Source: Eledone cirrhosa (taxonomy: Eukaryota). Taken from it: a stretch of 64,000 nucleotides of DNA. The notes beneath the pieces are model-generated. The model was not told the DNA's origin and ran no database searches. It saw only the letters and a program-made list of their open reading frames with translations. Both the position numbers and the translations under genes were made by a program. Position 1 is the first letter of the stretch. Each line of letters starts with the position of its first letter. Shown here one piece after another: positions 36,918 through 49,700 of the stretch. The stretch is from the NCBI GenBank assembly GCA_964016885.1, contig OZ024743.1, forward strand, positions 90,520,001 to 90,584,000, read 5' to 3'.

Positions 36918-39900
36918 TACAACAGTGACATATACAGGTACTTAAGTTTCGTTGGGTTATACACCCCAACTCATTCAGCCTGTCATATAAAATAAGAATG
37001 GCTACCTCCACAGGTTGATTTGACATACATATATCATCACAATTATCATTTTATGACCATTTTCCCTATTAGTGAGGGTTGTATCGGTGCATTTTATCGT
37101 GGTAGCAGTACTAAGAAGGTTGTTGCGTCCTTGACACAACTAGAGTCCTCCCAACCCTTTGTTAGGCATGGTTACTATGACTAAATACCCTTCCGAACAT
37201 CATCCAAATTACAGAGTGTACTGTGTACATTTTATTGTGGCACCACCACCATCACATGATACAGTGTACTGGGTGTATTTTATTGTGGCACCAGCACCAC
37301 CACATGATACAGTTTACTGGGTGTATTTTATTGTGGTACCAGCACCACCACCACATGATACAGTGTACTGGGTGTATTTTATCATGGCACCAGCACCACC
37401 ACCACATGATACAGTGTACTGGGTGTATTTTATTGTGGTACCAGCACCACCACCACATGATACAGTGTACTGGGTGTATTTTATCATGGCACCAGCACCA
37501 CCACCACATGATACAGTGTACTGGGTGTATTTTATTGTGGTACCAGCACCACCACCACATGATACAGTGTACTGGGTGTATTTTATCATGGCACCAGCAC
37601 CACCACCACATGATACAGTGTACTGGGTGTATTTTATTGTGGTACCAGCACCACCACCACATGATACAGTGTACTGGGTGTATTTTATCATGGCACCAGC
37701 ACCACCACCACATGATACAGTGTACTGGGTGTATTTTATTGTGGTACCAGCACCACCACCACATGATACAGTGTACTGGGTGTATTTTATCATGGCACCA
37801 GCACCACTACCACATGATACAGTGTACTGGGTGTATTTTATTGTGGTACCAGCACCACCACCACATGATACAGTGTACTGGGTGTATTTTATCATGGCAA
37901 CAACACTACTACATGATACAGTGTACTGGGTGTATTTTATTGTGGCACCAGCACCACCACATGATACAGTGTACTGGGTGTATTTTATCATGGCAACAAC
38001 ACTACTACATGATACAGTGTACTGGGTGTATTTTATTGTGGCACCAGCACCACCACATGATACAGTGTACTGGGTGTATTTTATCATGGCAACAACACTA
38101 CTACATGATACAGTGTACTGGGTGTATTTTATTGTGGCACCAGCACCACCACATGATACAGTGTACTGGGTGTATTTTATCATGGCAACAACACTACTAC
38201 ATGATACAGTGTACTGGGTGTATTTTATTGTGGCACCAGCACCACCACATGATACAGTGTACTGGGTGTATTTTATTGTGGTACCAGCACCACCACCACA
38301 TGATACAGTGTACTGGGTGTATTTTATCATGGCACCAGCACCACCACCACATGATACAGTGTACTGGGTGTATTTTATTGTGGTACCAGCACCACCACCA
38401 CATGATACAGTGTACTGGGTGTATTTTATCATGGCAACAACACTACTACATGATACAGTGTACTGGGTGTATTTTATTGTGGCACCAGCACCACCACATG
38501 ATACAGTGTACTGGGTGTATTTTATCATGGCAACAACACTACTACATGATACAGTGTACTGGGTGTATTTTATTGTGGCACCAGCACCACCACATGATAC
38601 AGTGTACTGGGTGTATTTTATTGTGGCACCAGCACTACCACCACATGATACAGTGTACTGGGTGTATTTTATTGTGGTACCAGCACCACCACCACATGAT
38701 ACAGTGTACTGGGTGTATTTTATTGTGGCACCAGCACCACCACCACATGATACAGTGTACTGGGTGTATTTTATTGTGGTACCAGCACCACCACCACATG
38801 ATACAGTGTACTGGGTGTATTTTATTGTGGCACCAGCACCACCACCACATGATACAGTGTACTGGGTGTATTTTATTGTGGCACCAGCACCACCACATGA
38901 TAGAGTGTACTGGGTGTATTTTATTGTGGCACCAGCACCACCACATGATAGAGTGTACTGGGTGTATTTTATTGTGGCACCAGCACCACCACATGATGCA
39001 GTGTACTGGGTGTATTTTATTGTGGTACCAGCACCACCACCACATGATACAGTGTACTGGGTGTATTTTATTGTGGCACCAGCACCACCACCACATGATA
39101 CAGTGTTCTGGGTGTATTTTATTGTGGGACCAGCACCACCACATGATACAGTGTACTGGGTGTATTTTATTGTGGTACCAGCACCACCACCACATGATAC
39201 AGTGTACTGGGTGTATTTTATTGTGGCACCAGCACCACCACCACATGATACAGTGTACTGGGTGTATTTTATTGTGGCACCAGCACCACCACCACATGAT
39301 ACAGTGTACTGGGTGTATTTTATTGTGGTACCAGCACCACCACCACATGATACAGTGTACTGGGTGTATTTTATCATGGCAACAACACTACCACCACATG
39401 ATACAGTGTACTGGGTGTATTTTATTGTGGTACCAGCACCACCACCACATGATACAGTGTACTGGGTGTATTTTATTGTGGCACCAGCACCACCACATGA
39501 TACAGTGTACTGGGTGTATTTTATTGTGGCACCAGCACCACCACATGATACAGTGTACTGGGTGTATTTTATTGTGGCACCAGCACCACCACATGATACA
39601 GTGTACTGGGTGTATTTTATTGTGGCACCAGCACCACCACCACATGATACAGTGTACTGGGTGTATTTTATCATGGCAACAACACTACCACCACATGATA
39701 CAGTGTACTGGGTGTATTTTATTGTGGCACCAGCACCACCACCACATGATACAGTGTACTGGGTGTATTTTATTGTGGCACCAGCACCACCACATGATAC
39801 AGTGTACTGGGTGTATTTTATTGTGGCACCAGCACCACCACCACATGATACAGAGTACTGGGTGTATTTTATTGTGGCACCAGCACTACCACCACATGAT

Positions 39901-41098
39901 ACAGTGTACTGGGTGTATTTTATTGTGGTACCAGCACCACCACCACATGATACAGTGTACTGGGTGTATTTTATCATGGCAACAACACTACCACCACATG
40001 ATACAGTGTACTGGGTGTATTTTATTGTGGTACCAGCACCACCACCACATGATACAGTGTACTGGGTGTATTTTATTGTGGTACCAGCACCACCACCACA
40101 TGATACAGTGTACTGGGTGTATTTTATTGTGGCACCAGCACCACCACCACATGATACAGTGTACTGGGTGTATTTTATTGTGGCACCAGCACCACCACAT
40201 GATACAGTGTACTGGGTGTATTTTATTGTGGCACCAGCACCACCACATGATACAGTGTACTGGGTGTATTTTATTGTGGCACCAGCACCACCACATGATA
40301 CAGTGTACTGGGTGTATTTTATTGTGGCACCAGCACCACCACATGATACAGTGTACTGGGTGTATTTTATTGTGGCACCAGCACCACCACCACATGATAC
40401 AGTGTACTGGGTGTATTTTATTGTGGCACCAGCACCACCACCACATGATACAGTGTACTGGGTGTATTTTATTGTGGCACCAGCACCACCACATGATACA
40501 GTGTACTGGGTGTATTTTATTGTGGCACCAGCACCACCACCACATGATACAGTGTACTGGGTGTATTTTATTGTGGCACCAGCACCACCACATGATACAG
40601 TGTACTGGGTGTATTTTATTGTGGCACCAGCACCACCACATGATACAGTTTACTGGGTGTATTTTATTGTGGTACCAGCACCACCACATGATACAGTGTA
40701 CTGGGTGTATTTTATTGTGGTACCAGCACCACCACCACATGATACAGTGTACTGGGTGTATTTTATTGTGGTACCAGCACCACCACCACATGATACAGTG
40801 TACTGGGTGTATTTTATCATGGCAACAACACTACCACCACATGATACAGTGTACTGGGTGTATTTTATTGTGGCACCAGCACCACCACCACATGATACAG
40901 TGTACTGGGTGTATTTTATTGTGGCACCAGCACCACCACCACATGATACAGTGTACTGGGTGTATTTTATCATGGCAACAACACTACCACCACATGATAC
41001 AGTGTACTGGGTGTATTTTATCATGGCAACAACACTACCATTTTACTCCTTTCATATTTAAGCCAAGTTTTTTATTTAGATTAATTCACCCCAAACTT

Positions 41099-41143
<45 letters not shown>

Positions 41144-43953
41144 ATGTGTATGTGTATGTATATATATATATGTGAATGTATTTATGTGTATGTGTGTGTG
41201 CGTGTTAGTGATATAACTGAATCAGTGACAAGATATAAATTAGATTCTGTTCACTTCATTGATTTTTGATTGATTCTTTAATTGATAAAGTTTTGTATTT
41301 ATTATACATTATTGTTATGCTAAATGGAGGGCGGTGGATTGGTAGTATCGGTGGAGGGTCGGACGCCATGCTTTCCAGCATAGTTAAGTCCCTTTACGAT
41401 CTGAGTTCAAATCCCGCCGAGGTTGACTTTGCCTTTCATCCTTACGGGGTTGATAAAATAGAGTACCAGTAATGCACTGGGTAATTGCTGGCCTTGAGCC
41501 TAAAGTTGAAACAATTATTATTATGCTAAATGAGTAACTAGACGTGTAAAGTGTATTAAAAATGGATACTTTTATATTTGTTCATCCTCCAGACCCAGGG
41601 TGTACATGTTCATGATAGCTGGTATGCAGATCATGCTATTTCTGAAGAAACTCAAGCAAAGGTGAGTGTTTCATTTCCTTGTCCACTACAGCAGGCAATG
41701 TTGTTTGAGAGCTTAGGTCAAAATACCTTGCAGTATTTGTTCCAACTCTCTTCACTCTGTGTTTAAATTCCACTGAGGCTAGGTGGTGTATTGGCAGAAT
41801 TGTTAGAGTTGCACAGTCTACCCTGTAAGATGTTCATACTGGTGGCACATGTGGCACCAGTCCACTCTAAGGTGATCATGCTGATGACGTGACAAAAAGT
41901 GTCCAGTCCACTCTGTAAGGTGGTTGTTACTGGTGACACATTGATAAAACACCTAGTCCACATTTTAAAGTGGTTGACAATGGGAAGGGCATCCAACCGT
42001 AGAAATTGAGCCAAAATTTGTGTGAGCAAGATTTTGGTCACCCGACCTGACTTGTTTCAAACATGGAAAAAAATGAACCTTAAACAATGATGGTGGATGA
42101 GATGCTTTGTGGTATTTCTTTTGACTATTTGCATTTGAAAATTATCTGAGGCCTACCTGGGTTGTAGAGTTAATCTGTCACCTCCTGGCTCTTGGCTGAT
42201 CTTAATGGAGTTCAATCTATTGCAAGCATTTAGGATAGGTCTCCAGTTTGATGATAATCATAAATTTTAAAAATTTAATAGCCCCCCCCCCCCCCATAGT
42301 TTTCCAGTAATGGCAGCCATATATAGCTAATTTATTAACCCCTTTGAGATTTAGGGCAGCATTTATTTGCTTTTTCCAAACCCCTAAATGCAATGTTTAG
42401 AAACATTATTAAAACAAGATTATTTTCTAAAATGAGGATTCTTTATATTAATTGTTATATGCAATTTGCATTAAAAAAAAAGTTGTCTATCTAGAAGAAA
42501 TGGTAATGTCTTAATTTTAATCTGTGCAGGTTTTGGCTATGAAAATGTTGGTTCGCTGGTTGTTGGGTTTACGGAATAATGCAGGAAATTCAGCAACATC
42601 TACGTTACGGCTACTTTATACTGTGATAATCCATGAGGGTGATCTTATGGAGAGAGGAAAGATAAAGTAAGTATTTACAATATATATTTTTAATACTGAT
42701 GGCAAGACCCCAGCATGGCCTCAGCCTGTCGGCTGGAACATGTAATAGAGTAAAGGGTTTAGATTGATATCCAGTGATTTTGATCTCATTGTTTACAATT
42801 TGCTCAACAAAATCATTTGGAGTACACATGGGATTAATTGTAAGACAACATTCCCAGCCAGAAGCCTAGCTAGGAAAACAGTTATTGTATCTACAGATTA
42901 ACATATGAAAATGTTAAAGTACTCTCAATTTCATCAATTGAAACAGCCAATAACCTGCTAGTTTAGCACACACATGTATATATAATACTTGATGTTTGTG
43001 TTGGTTCGATGTCATGTTTGATGATATATATAAAGTAAAAGAGATATAGAGATGGACAGAATTAACATATGGGTTGAAGGAGGAGGATACATACTGAGAA
43101 AAGTGACATGGAAAGCGTGTGAGAGATCAATGCTATACTAGAGCACAGAAAATAGGAGCATACACTTACACACAAGTAATTGTCTGTTGATCTTTTGTGT
43201 GAAATTTGTTTTCTTTTCACCTTTTCTCCCTTTTTTTCCCTCATATATAAAATCCTGGAAAATATATAATCTTTTTATTTTTTTTTCCAATTTGTTTTCT
43301 TTTCCTCAAACCATTGCCTTCTTCTTTCTGTCCTCAAGGGGTAATTTACTCACTTTATTCAACTATTTTATAGTTGATATCTAAATTGTGGTAGCTTTTC
43401 AAATTTTCAAGCGTGCCCAAATTTTTTTCAGAAACCTATTTATACATGCATTTAAATTATTTTATTTAAAGCAAACCTGAATTGGCCCGACTCCGGCTAC
43501 AAGCAGGCTGTTGTATGTTAAAGTTGGCAGAAGAACCCTGTTTTGCAGAGCTCATCACCAGAGAACAGTTCCAAGCATTAGCATTGCTTATTAATGTAAG
43601 ATTTAAAAAATTTTATTTAGTGTTATTTTACTCAAACTACTTTCAGCTGCTTTTTGTTCTTCAGTTTTTATGTTATGTGTTCATCTACTGAATGTTGGTG
43701 TGGACATTTAGAAAACATGGCAAATAAAGTATTCCCTATTCACTTTTTATATATATGTATATATATATTTATATATATGGAACAACCCATCTAACCCATG
43801 CTAATGTGGAAAGTGGATGTTAAATGGTGATGATGATGATATATATTGTCTGACAAATGACTTGATCTGAGACCCTGTGTTGAAACTAAAACAGTTACTG
43901 CATAAGTCATTTTAGCCATTTGAAAACACATAAAATGTACATACATGCATTCA

Positions 43954-44004
<51 letters not shown>

Positions 44005-46713
44005 TTAATAAGTACAGTAATGGTACTCATGTTGTAAAGGCTGGTGGCCTAGTTGTTAGTGTTAGACTCATGATTATAAGGCTGGTGGCCTAGTTGTTAG
44101 TGTTAGACTCATGATTATAAGGCTGGTGGCCTAGTTGTTAGTGTTAGACTCATGATTATAAGGCTGTGAGTTTCATTTCTTGGTAATGTGGCACATTGTA
44201 TTATTGAACAAGACATTTCATGAAAGTGTTGAGGGCCCTTTATCATTGAAACACCTGAGAAACCTCCTCTGAGATGCAATTTTATAAAGATGCCAGCTAA
44301 ACTTGCATGGGTGTGAGCTGTTTAATTGAGATGGTGAATTTTTGTGGTTTTAGCTTGTGAAACTGTAGTAAGAGGGAAAAAAATTTAAGCCCTATGTATT
44401 TAGATCACTTGACAATGAATTTTGCCTCTGGGATGATACGCATATAGCGTTCCTTTATTTTAAGGTACTCTAATGTGATCTTCCTTCTAGTCAATTCTGA
44501 GCCTTATTTGAGATAGATCAATATTAGTATTTATAAGCTTTGAATTATATTTTAAGCGATATTATTCATTGAGATGTTATGTATATTACTAATTTTTCTA
44601 ATGTATATTTATATATAATAGTGTTTTATTTTTATGTCTCTTGCAGGATAGCTGTTATCAAGTGCGTCTCCGGTTCGCTATGAAATTGAACAAAGGACTG
44701 CTAAGTCTTCGCTTACCTCTTGAATATATGAGTATCTTCTCTTTGGCAGCTAATGACCCTGTCAAGGAACGACGAGCTCAGGTGAAGCAGTTCCTTTATG
44801 CAAATATTAGCAAGAGGAGAGAATATCTCAAACAGCATGCATCACCAGGCTGTAAGTTATAACCCAGCTTTGCTTTTTACACTAAAACCTTTTACTTTGA
44901 AGTATGAAGCCTTTTTATAAAATTAGAGTAATTATTTAGTTAATTATTATTGAAGGAAGGCTTTAACTAATTGCATTAGCCCTTTCATTACCATATTTCT
45001 TATGAATGATGCTGCTTATAATTTTCATGTCATTTTGAAAATAATCAAGAATTTGCAGGAATTTTATGAAATAACTAACTTCTCATTATAAAGCTGATGC
45101 TTGGAATATAACTTAACAAAAGTTCTTACATAAATGTATGATGAGAGGGAGGGTTAGATAATTAAGATTACAAAATCAGTTTAATATCATAGAGCCAGGG
45201 TGGTTTCATGTGGTTTGGTATCAAAAACATTAAATATTTTATATCTAATTAATATTCTTTATAACTTAATTAAATTTCATTATTTCTGTTAGTCTTTCCA
45301 GTTAGTTGTCCTTGTTAAGGACTTGTTGCTAAAGTGGAATTGGCACTAATTCTCTGCTTTAATCCTGTTGATACCAACACTCCCAAAACTGGCTCTGGAT
45401 TTATGAAATAAAACCCATCAATTTTAACCCTTTCATTTCCATATTTTCAATGAAATACTCTATTGGGGGAACTTAGTGAAATAATTTTTTCTCAAATTGA
45501 TGATTAAAACAACAAAAAGTTCTTATATGAAATTAAGTGAAATATTTTAAGGAAGACTTCTTTAAAATGGTCAGTTTTGTATTACAGAACTAGGGTCAGT
45601 TTCAGGCAGGTTGGTACCTAAGGGGTATTAAAATCAAAATCTTTCAACATAATTTTATATAATAACGATTTGTTAAGTTAGTCATATTACATATGCTATC
45701 TTATTAATGATATAATTAATAATTTTAGTAAATTGTTATTTAATTAATTAAAATACAATGTATTTCATGAGAAATATAGATACAAAAAGGTTAAAGAAAC
45801 TGATGACAGTGAAACATTTCATAGACTATCTGTACATATTTGGAATGAGAATTTGAAATTTTAGCTGCAATGACACTTTTATCTGCAAAGAAACTTCCTG
45901 TGAATTGCAACATTGTAAGGAAAGGAAGCCAGCTAAACCTGTAGAGGTTTAAGCTGTAATAACGTGGTAGGACTGGGGTCTCTATCATTAAAATACCTGA
46001 GAATCCTCAAATGAATTGCAACCCCATAGGAAGTCAGCTAAACCTGTATAGTATGAGCTGTTCATTTAAAAAAAAAAGAATGTCTTCCTGTATAAATTAA
46101 GTTAACATTAATTGGATGTCTGATCTTTCTAGTCAAACACTCAATACTTCATACCAGTCTCAAAACTCTTTATTCTCTCACTATTTTCATTCTCCTACTG
46201 TAACTCTCTCTCTCTAACAAATAACAACACATTTTGCAAATTTATTATAATGTGGATAAAATATTTGCTCTTGCAATATATCCAAATTTTCCAAAGTACA
46301 TTCTGAAACATGAATTGTGAACCACATACACAAGTGCAGACACAAACAACAATAAAATAAATTCAATCTTATTAAAACAATTTTTTTTTGTTTGTTTTTC
46401 CAGCTAAAATCTATTCCTTACTCCCAGATTATATGCTGCCCTATACAATCCACTTGCTGGCTCACGACCCTGACCTCAAATCACATGATCATATGCAGGC
46501 TTTGAACATCATTAAAGAGTTTGTAACAATCAGCATTTCTTTTCTTTTTTCCTTTTTCCTTTCCATAAAATATATGTATATACAGTGAAATTCTGTTAAA
46601 ACAAAATTCACAGGGTATAAAAAAAATCAAAATTCTTTATAATGTGATCGACCTAACACATCAAGCGTGTGGTGTGGGATTTAAAAAATGTTGTTGTACT
46701 GAATGTGTGTGTT

Positions 46714-46762
<49 letters not shown>

Positions 46763-49700
46763 TTAATACTTTTCTGAGTGGATAATTAGTTTATTAATTT
46801 ATTAATATATCTTCTCCTTTCATTGAGATGCCTACATATTTGAGGCAGATAATTTTATAGTCATATATAAATATTATATATATTATATATAAAGCATGGC
46901 TGTTTCCAGTGGGTGTTCAGAAAGTACAATAACTAGGGTAAGAATGGGATGGAAGGAGTTCAGGGAGCTACTGCCACTGCTAGCTGCAAAAGGCTTCTCC
47001 CTCAAAATGAAAGGCAGACTGTATGATGCATGTATCCGAACAGCAATGTTACATGGTAGTGAGACCTGGGCGCTGAAGGTGGAAGACTTATGTAGATTAG
47101 AAAGAAACGAAGCCTGCATGCTCCGATGGATGTATAATAGTAATATACGCGAACGGCAAAGCATAAATGAATTGAGAGAGAGGCTGAGCATAAGAGGAAT
47201 CAAATGCTGTGTGCAGGAGAGGAGGTTATGTTGGTATGGACATGTGATGCGTATGAAGGATGACAGCTGCATAAAAAGGTGCAGAGCACTAGAAGTCAAT
47301 GGAAACCGCGGAGTGGGGAGACCCAAGAAGACCTGGGATGAGTGATAAAAGCCAACCTTACTCAATTACACCTCTCAAAGGCGATGACACATGACCGTGA
47401 CCTCTGGCGTCACGCAGTAATACAGAGTACCTGACCTCCCATGGGTACAAGCTGAAGCATATACACAATATGTCCCCACACCCTCCCACTGCAAAGTGGT
47501 CGTGGCGGTTCCACGGCAAAAAAGCACCCAGCCCACATTGTAAAGTGGACGTGTAGGCACCACGGACAAAAGCACCCAGCACTCACTGTAAATGAGGTTG
47601 GTGTCAGGAAGGGCATCCAGCTGTAGAAATCAAGCCAAAATCAGTTCCTGTATGAGCAAGGCATGGTCAGCCGACCAGACACTGCCCACAACAGGGCAAC
47701 CCGTCTAACCCATGCTAGCATGGAAGAACGGACGTAAAACGGTGATGATGATGGTGTGTGTGTGTGTATTTATGCCCCGTAACAAAACAGTGACAAAAAA
47801 AAAAAATGATAAAATAAATGGCAGATTAGAAAAAACGTACTGTGTTTGATGTGGTTGACTAAATTAAGGTGGTGCCCCAGCATGGCTGCAGTCTAATGCC
47901 TGAAACCAATAAAAGAATATGAACTAAATATTTCATAAAATCATTTGTCTTCAGCATTTGCGTTACTCTATATATACTATTGTATTTTCATGGTAAAAGC
48001 TTTATCTCGTATAAGATGGAATCTATAAGATTTTGATAATATTTGTTTTGAGAACAATACCTTAACATCAGTATGAGTGGCCAATTACAGCTGGTTTGAA
48101 CAGAAAGCAGCGAGAGAATTGTGGCTGGAAACAGCCGATTTAAATGCTAAAGGGTTAAATTTTTGGAAAAATATATTTGAGGTGTTATTTCATTTTCCTC
48201 TATTTTCAGATGTCTTTGGTTTGTGATGGATCCATTGATGAGTCGGAGTGAAGATTACAATTATGCGTTCTTTAGACGAATGATTGAAGATATTAAACAG
48301 ACTAAAGATGCACAAGGTCCAGAAGATGAGGAAATGAATAAGGTAAGATAACACATGATCTAGTTGTAGAAACTGTCTTTCACTATTTTCTTATTTATAT
48401 ATGAAATTGCAGGAGCTGGTGCAGTAATGTACCAGCTTCAGCAGTCCGCAATCAGAAGGAGGGAGGTAGGTGTAAAAGACAAATTCACTATCTTCTATTC
48501 AGTATAAGACACAGGCAGGCATTTTTGAAATGCGCCTTAAAAGCCATCAAATAGAGTATTTTAATATATATTGTATCAAGCCTTTAGATATGTATTGTTA
48601 TTTTTTTGTTATATAAATGTTCTTTGTTGCAGTTATCTTTATCACCATTTCACATTTGTTTTCCATTCTGGTATAGGTTGGATGGGTGAGAAAACCATGT
48701 TTTAATCATGTTCCATATTTTTGTGTGGACTCTATGGTTGGATGTCCTTAACACCAACCACTTTACAGAGAAAGTACATGGTACATACTAACATATGGCA
48801 GTGTACTGGATGCATTTTATTGTGGCACTGTTAGTAGAAAGGTTGTCACGTACTTGACAAAACCTGAGTGTCCTCTGTACTCTATATTCTATCTTGTATT
48901 GCATTGTACAAAATATGGTTTGGTTGAAGTAAAGAAATTATATGTATATTCTTAATTCTATATTTTATTAGAAATTATATGCTGTCTGTGACATTGCGTT
49001 GGGACTGATGATGACAAAAATATCAAATGTTGTTCTCAAAGATGTTGTCATTGAACCTCTTCTTCCAATAAAACTGTTCACCAAACCAGATCATGTAAGT
49101 ATTGCTATTAACCCTTTCATTATCATATTTCTCATGGAAGATTACTGTCTTATGATTTGCAATTAATTTTTTAAATAATCAAGAATTTGATGGGTTTTAG
49201 CAATATAACTAATTTTCTTCTTATTAAGCTTAACAAAGGTTCTTAAATAAAATTATGATAGAAAATGTAAATATCTTAAAATGTGTAGTTTTGAATTGTA
49301 GAATCAATGGCAGTTTCAGGCAGATATCCAAAGGTTGATGTTGCATTGTTGCTTTGTTTTCTTATCGCTTTCTCTTTTCTTCCTCATTACTATCTCTCAT
49401 TGTCATTATTGAAAATATTAGCCTGAAACCACTCCTGGTTTTATGATATAAAACTGTTTAAAGTATTTATATTTATCTAAAAAGCTTCCATCATAATTTT
49501 ATATAAGAAAATTTGTTTAAATTATGTTCCAAACACCAGTGCCCTATTCACCACCATTGACACGGAGTTGGCTACCTGCAGGTATGAGATTTGCAAGCTT
49601 GAATAGCTCTTCCAATGCTTCTCCCTCACCCTCCATGGGCTTCCATTTGCATATAATAGTTAGAGATGGGGAGAGCAGGAGAGAACATCAATGCACACTC

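Noticed and set aside
37211-41040. CRISPR-like repeat/spacer appearance
   Set aside because: The variable parts are a few recurring variants rather than unique spacers, there are no cas genes, and the context is a eukaryotic intron
37159-41269. 1300-, 1348- and 887-aa repetitive ORFs (extensin-like or His/Cys-rich looking)
   Set aside because: The unit length is a multiple of 3 and lacks stops in several frames on both strands. The array is intronic and traces to a non-coding LINE 3' UTR, so these are tandem-repeat artefacts unless Ribo-seq or proteomics shows otherwise.
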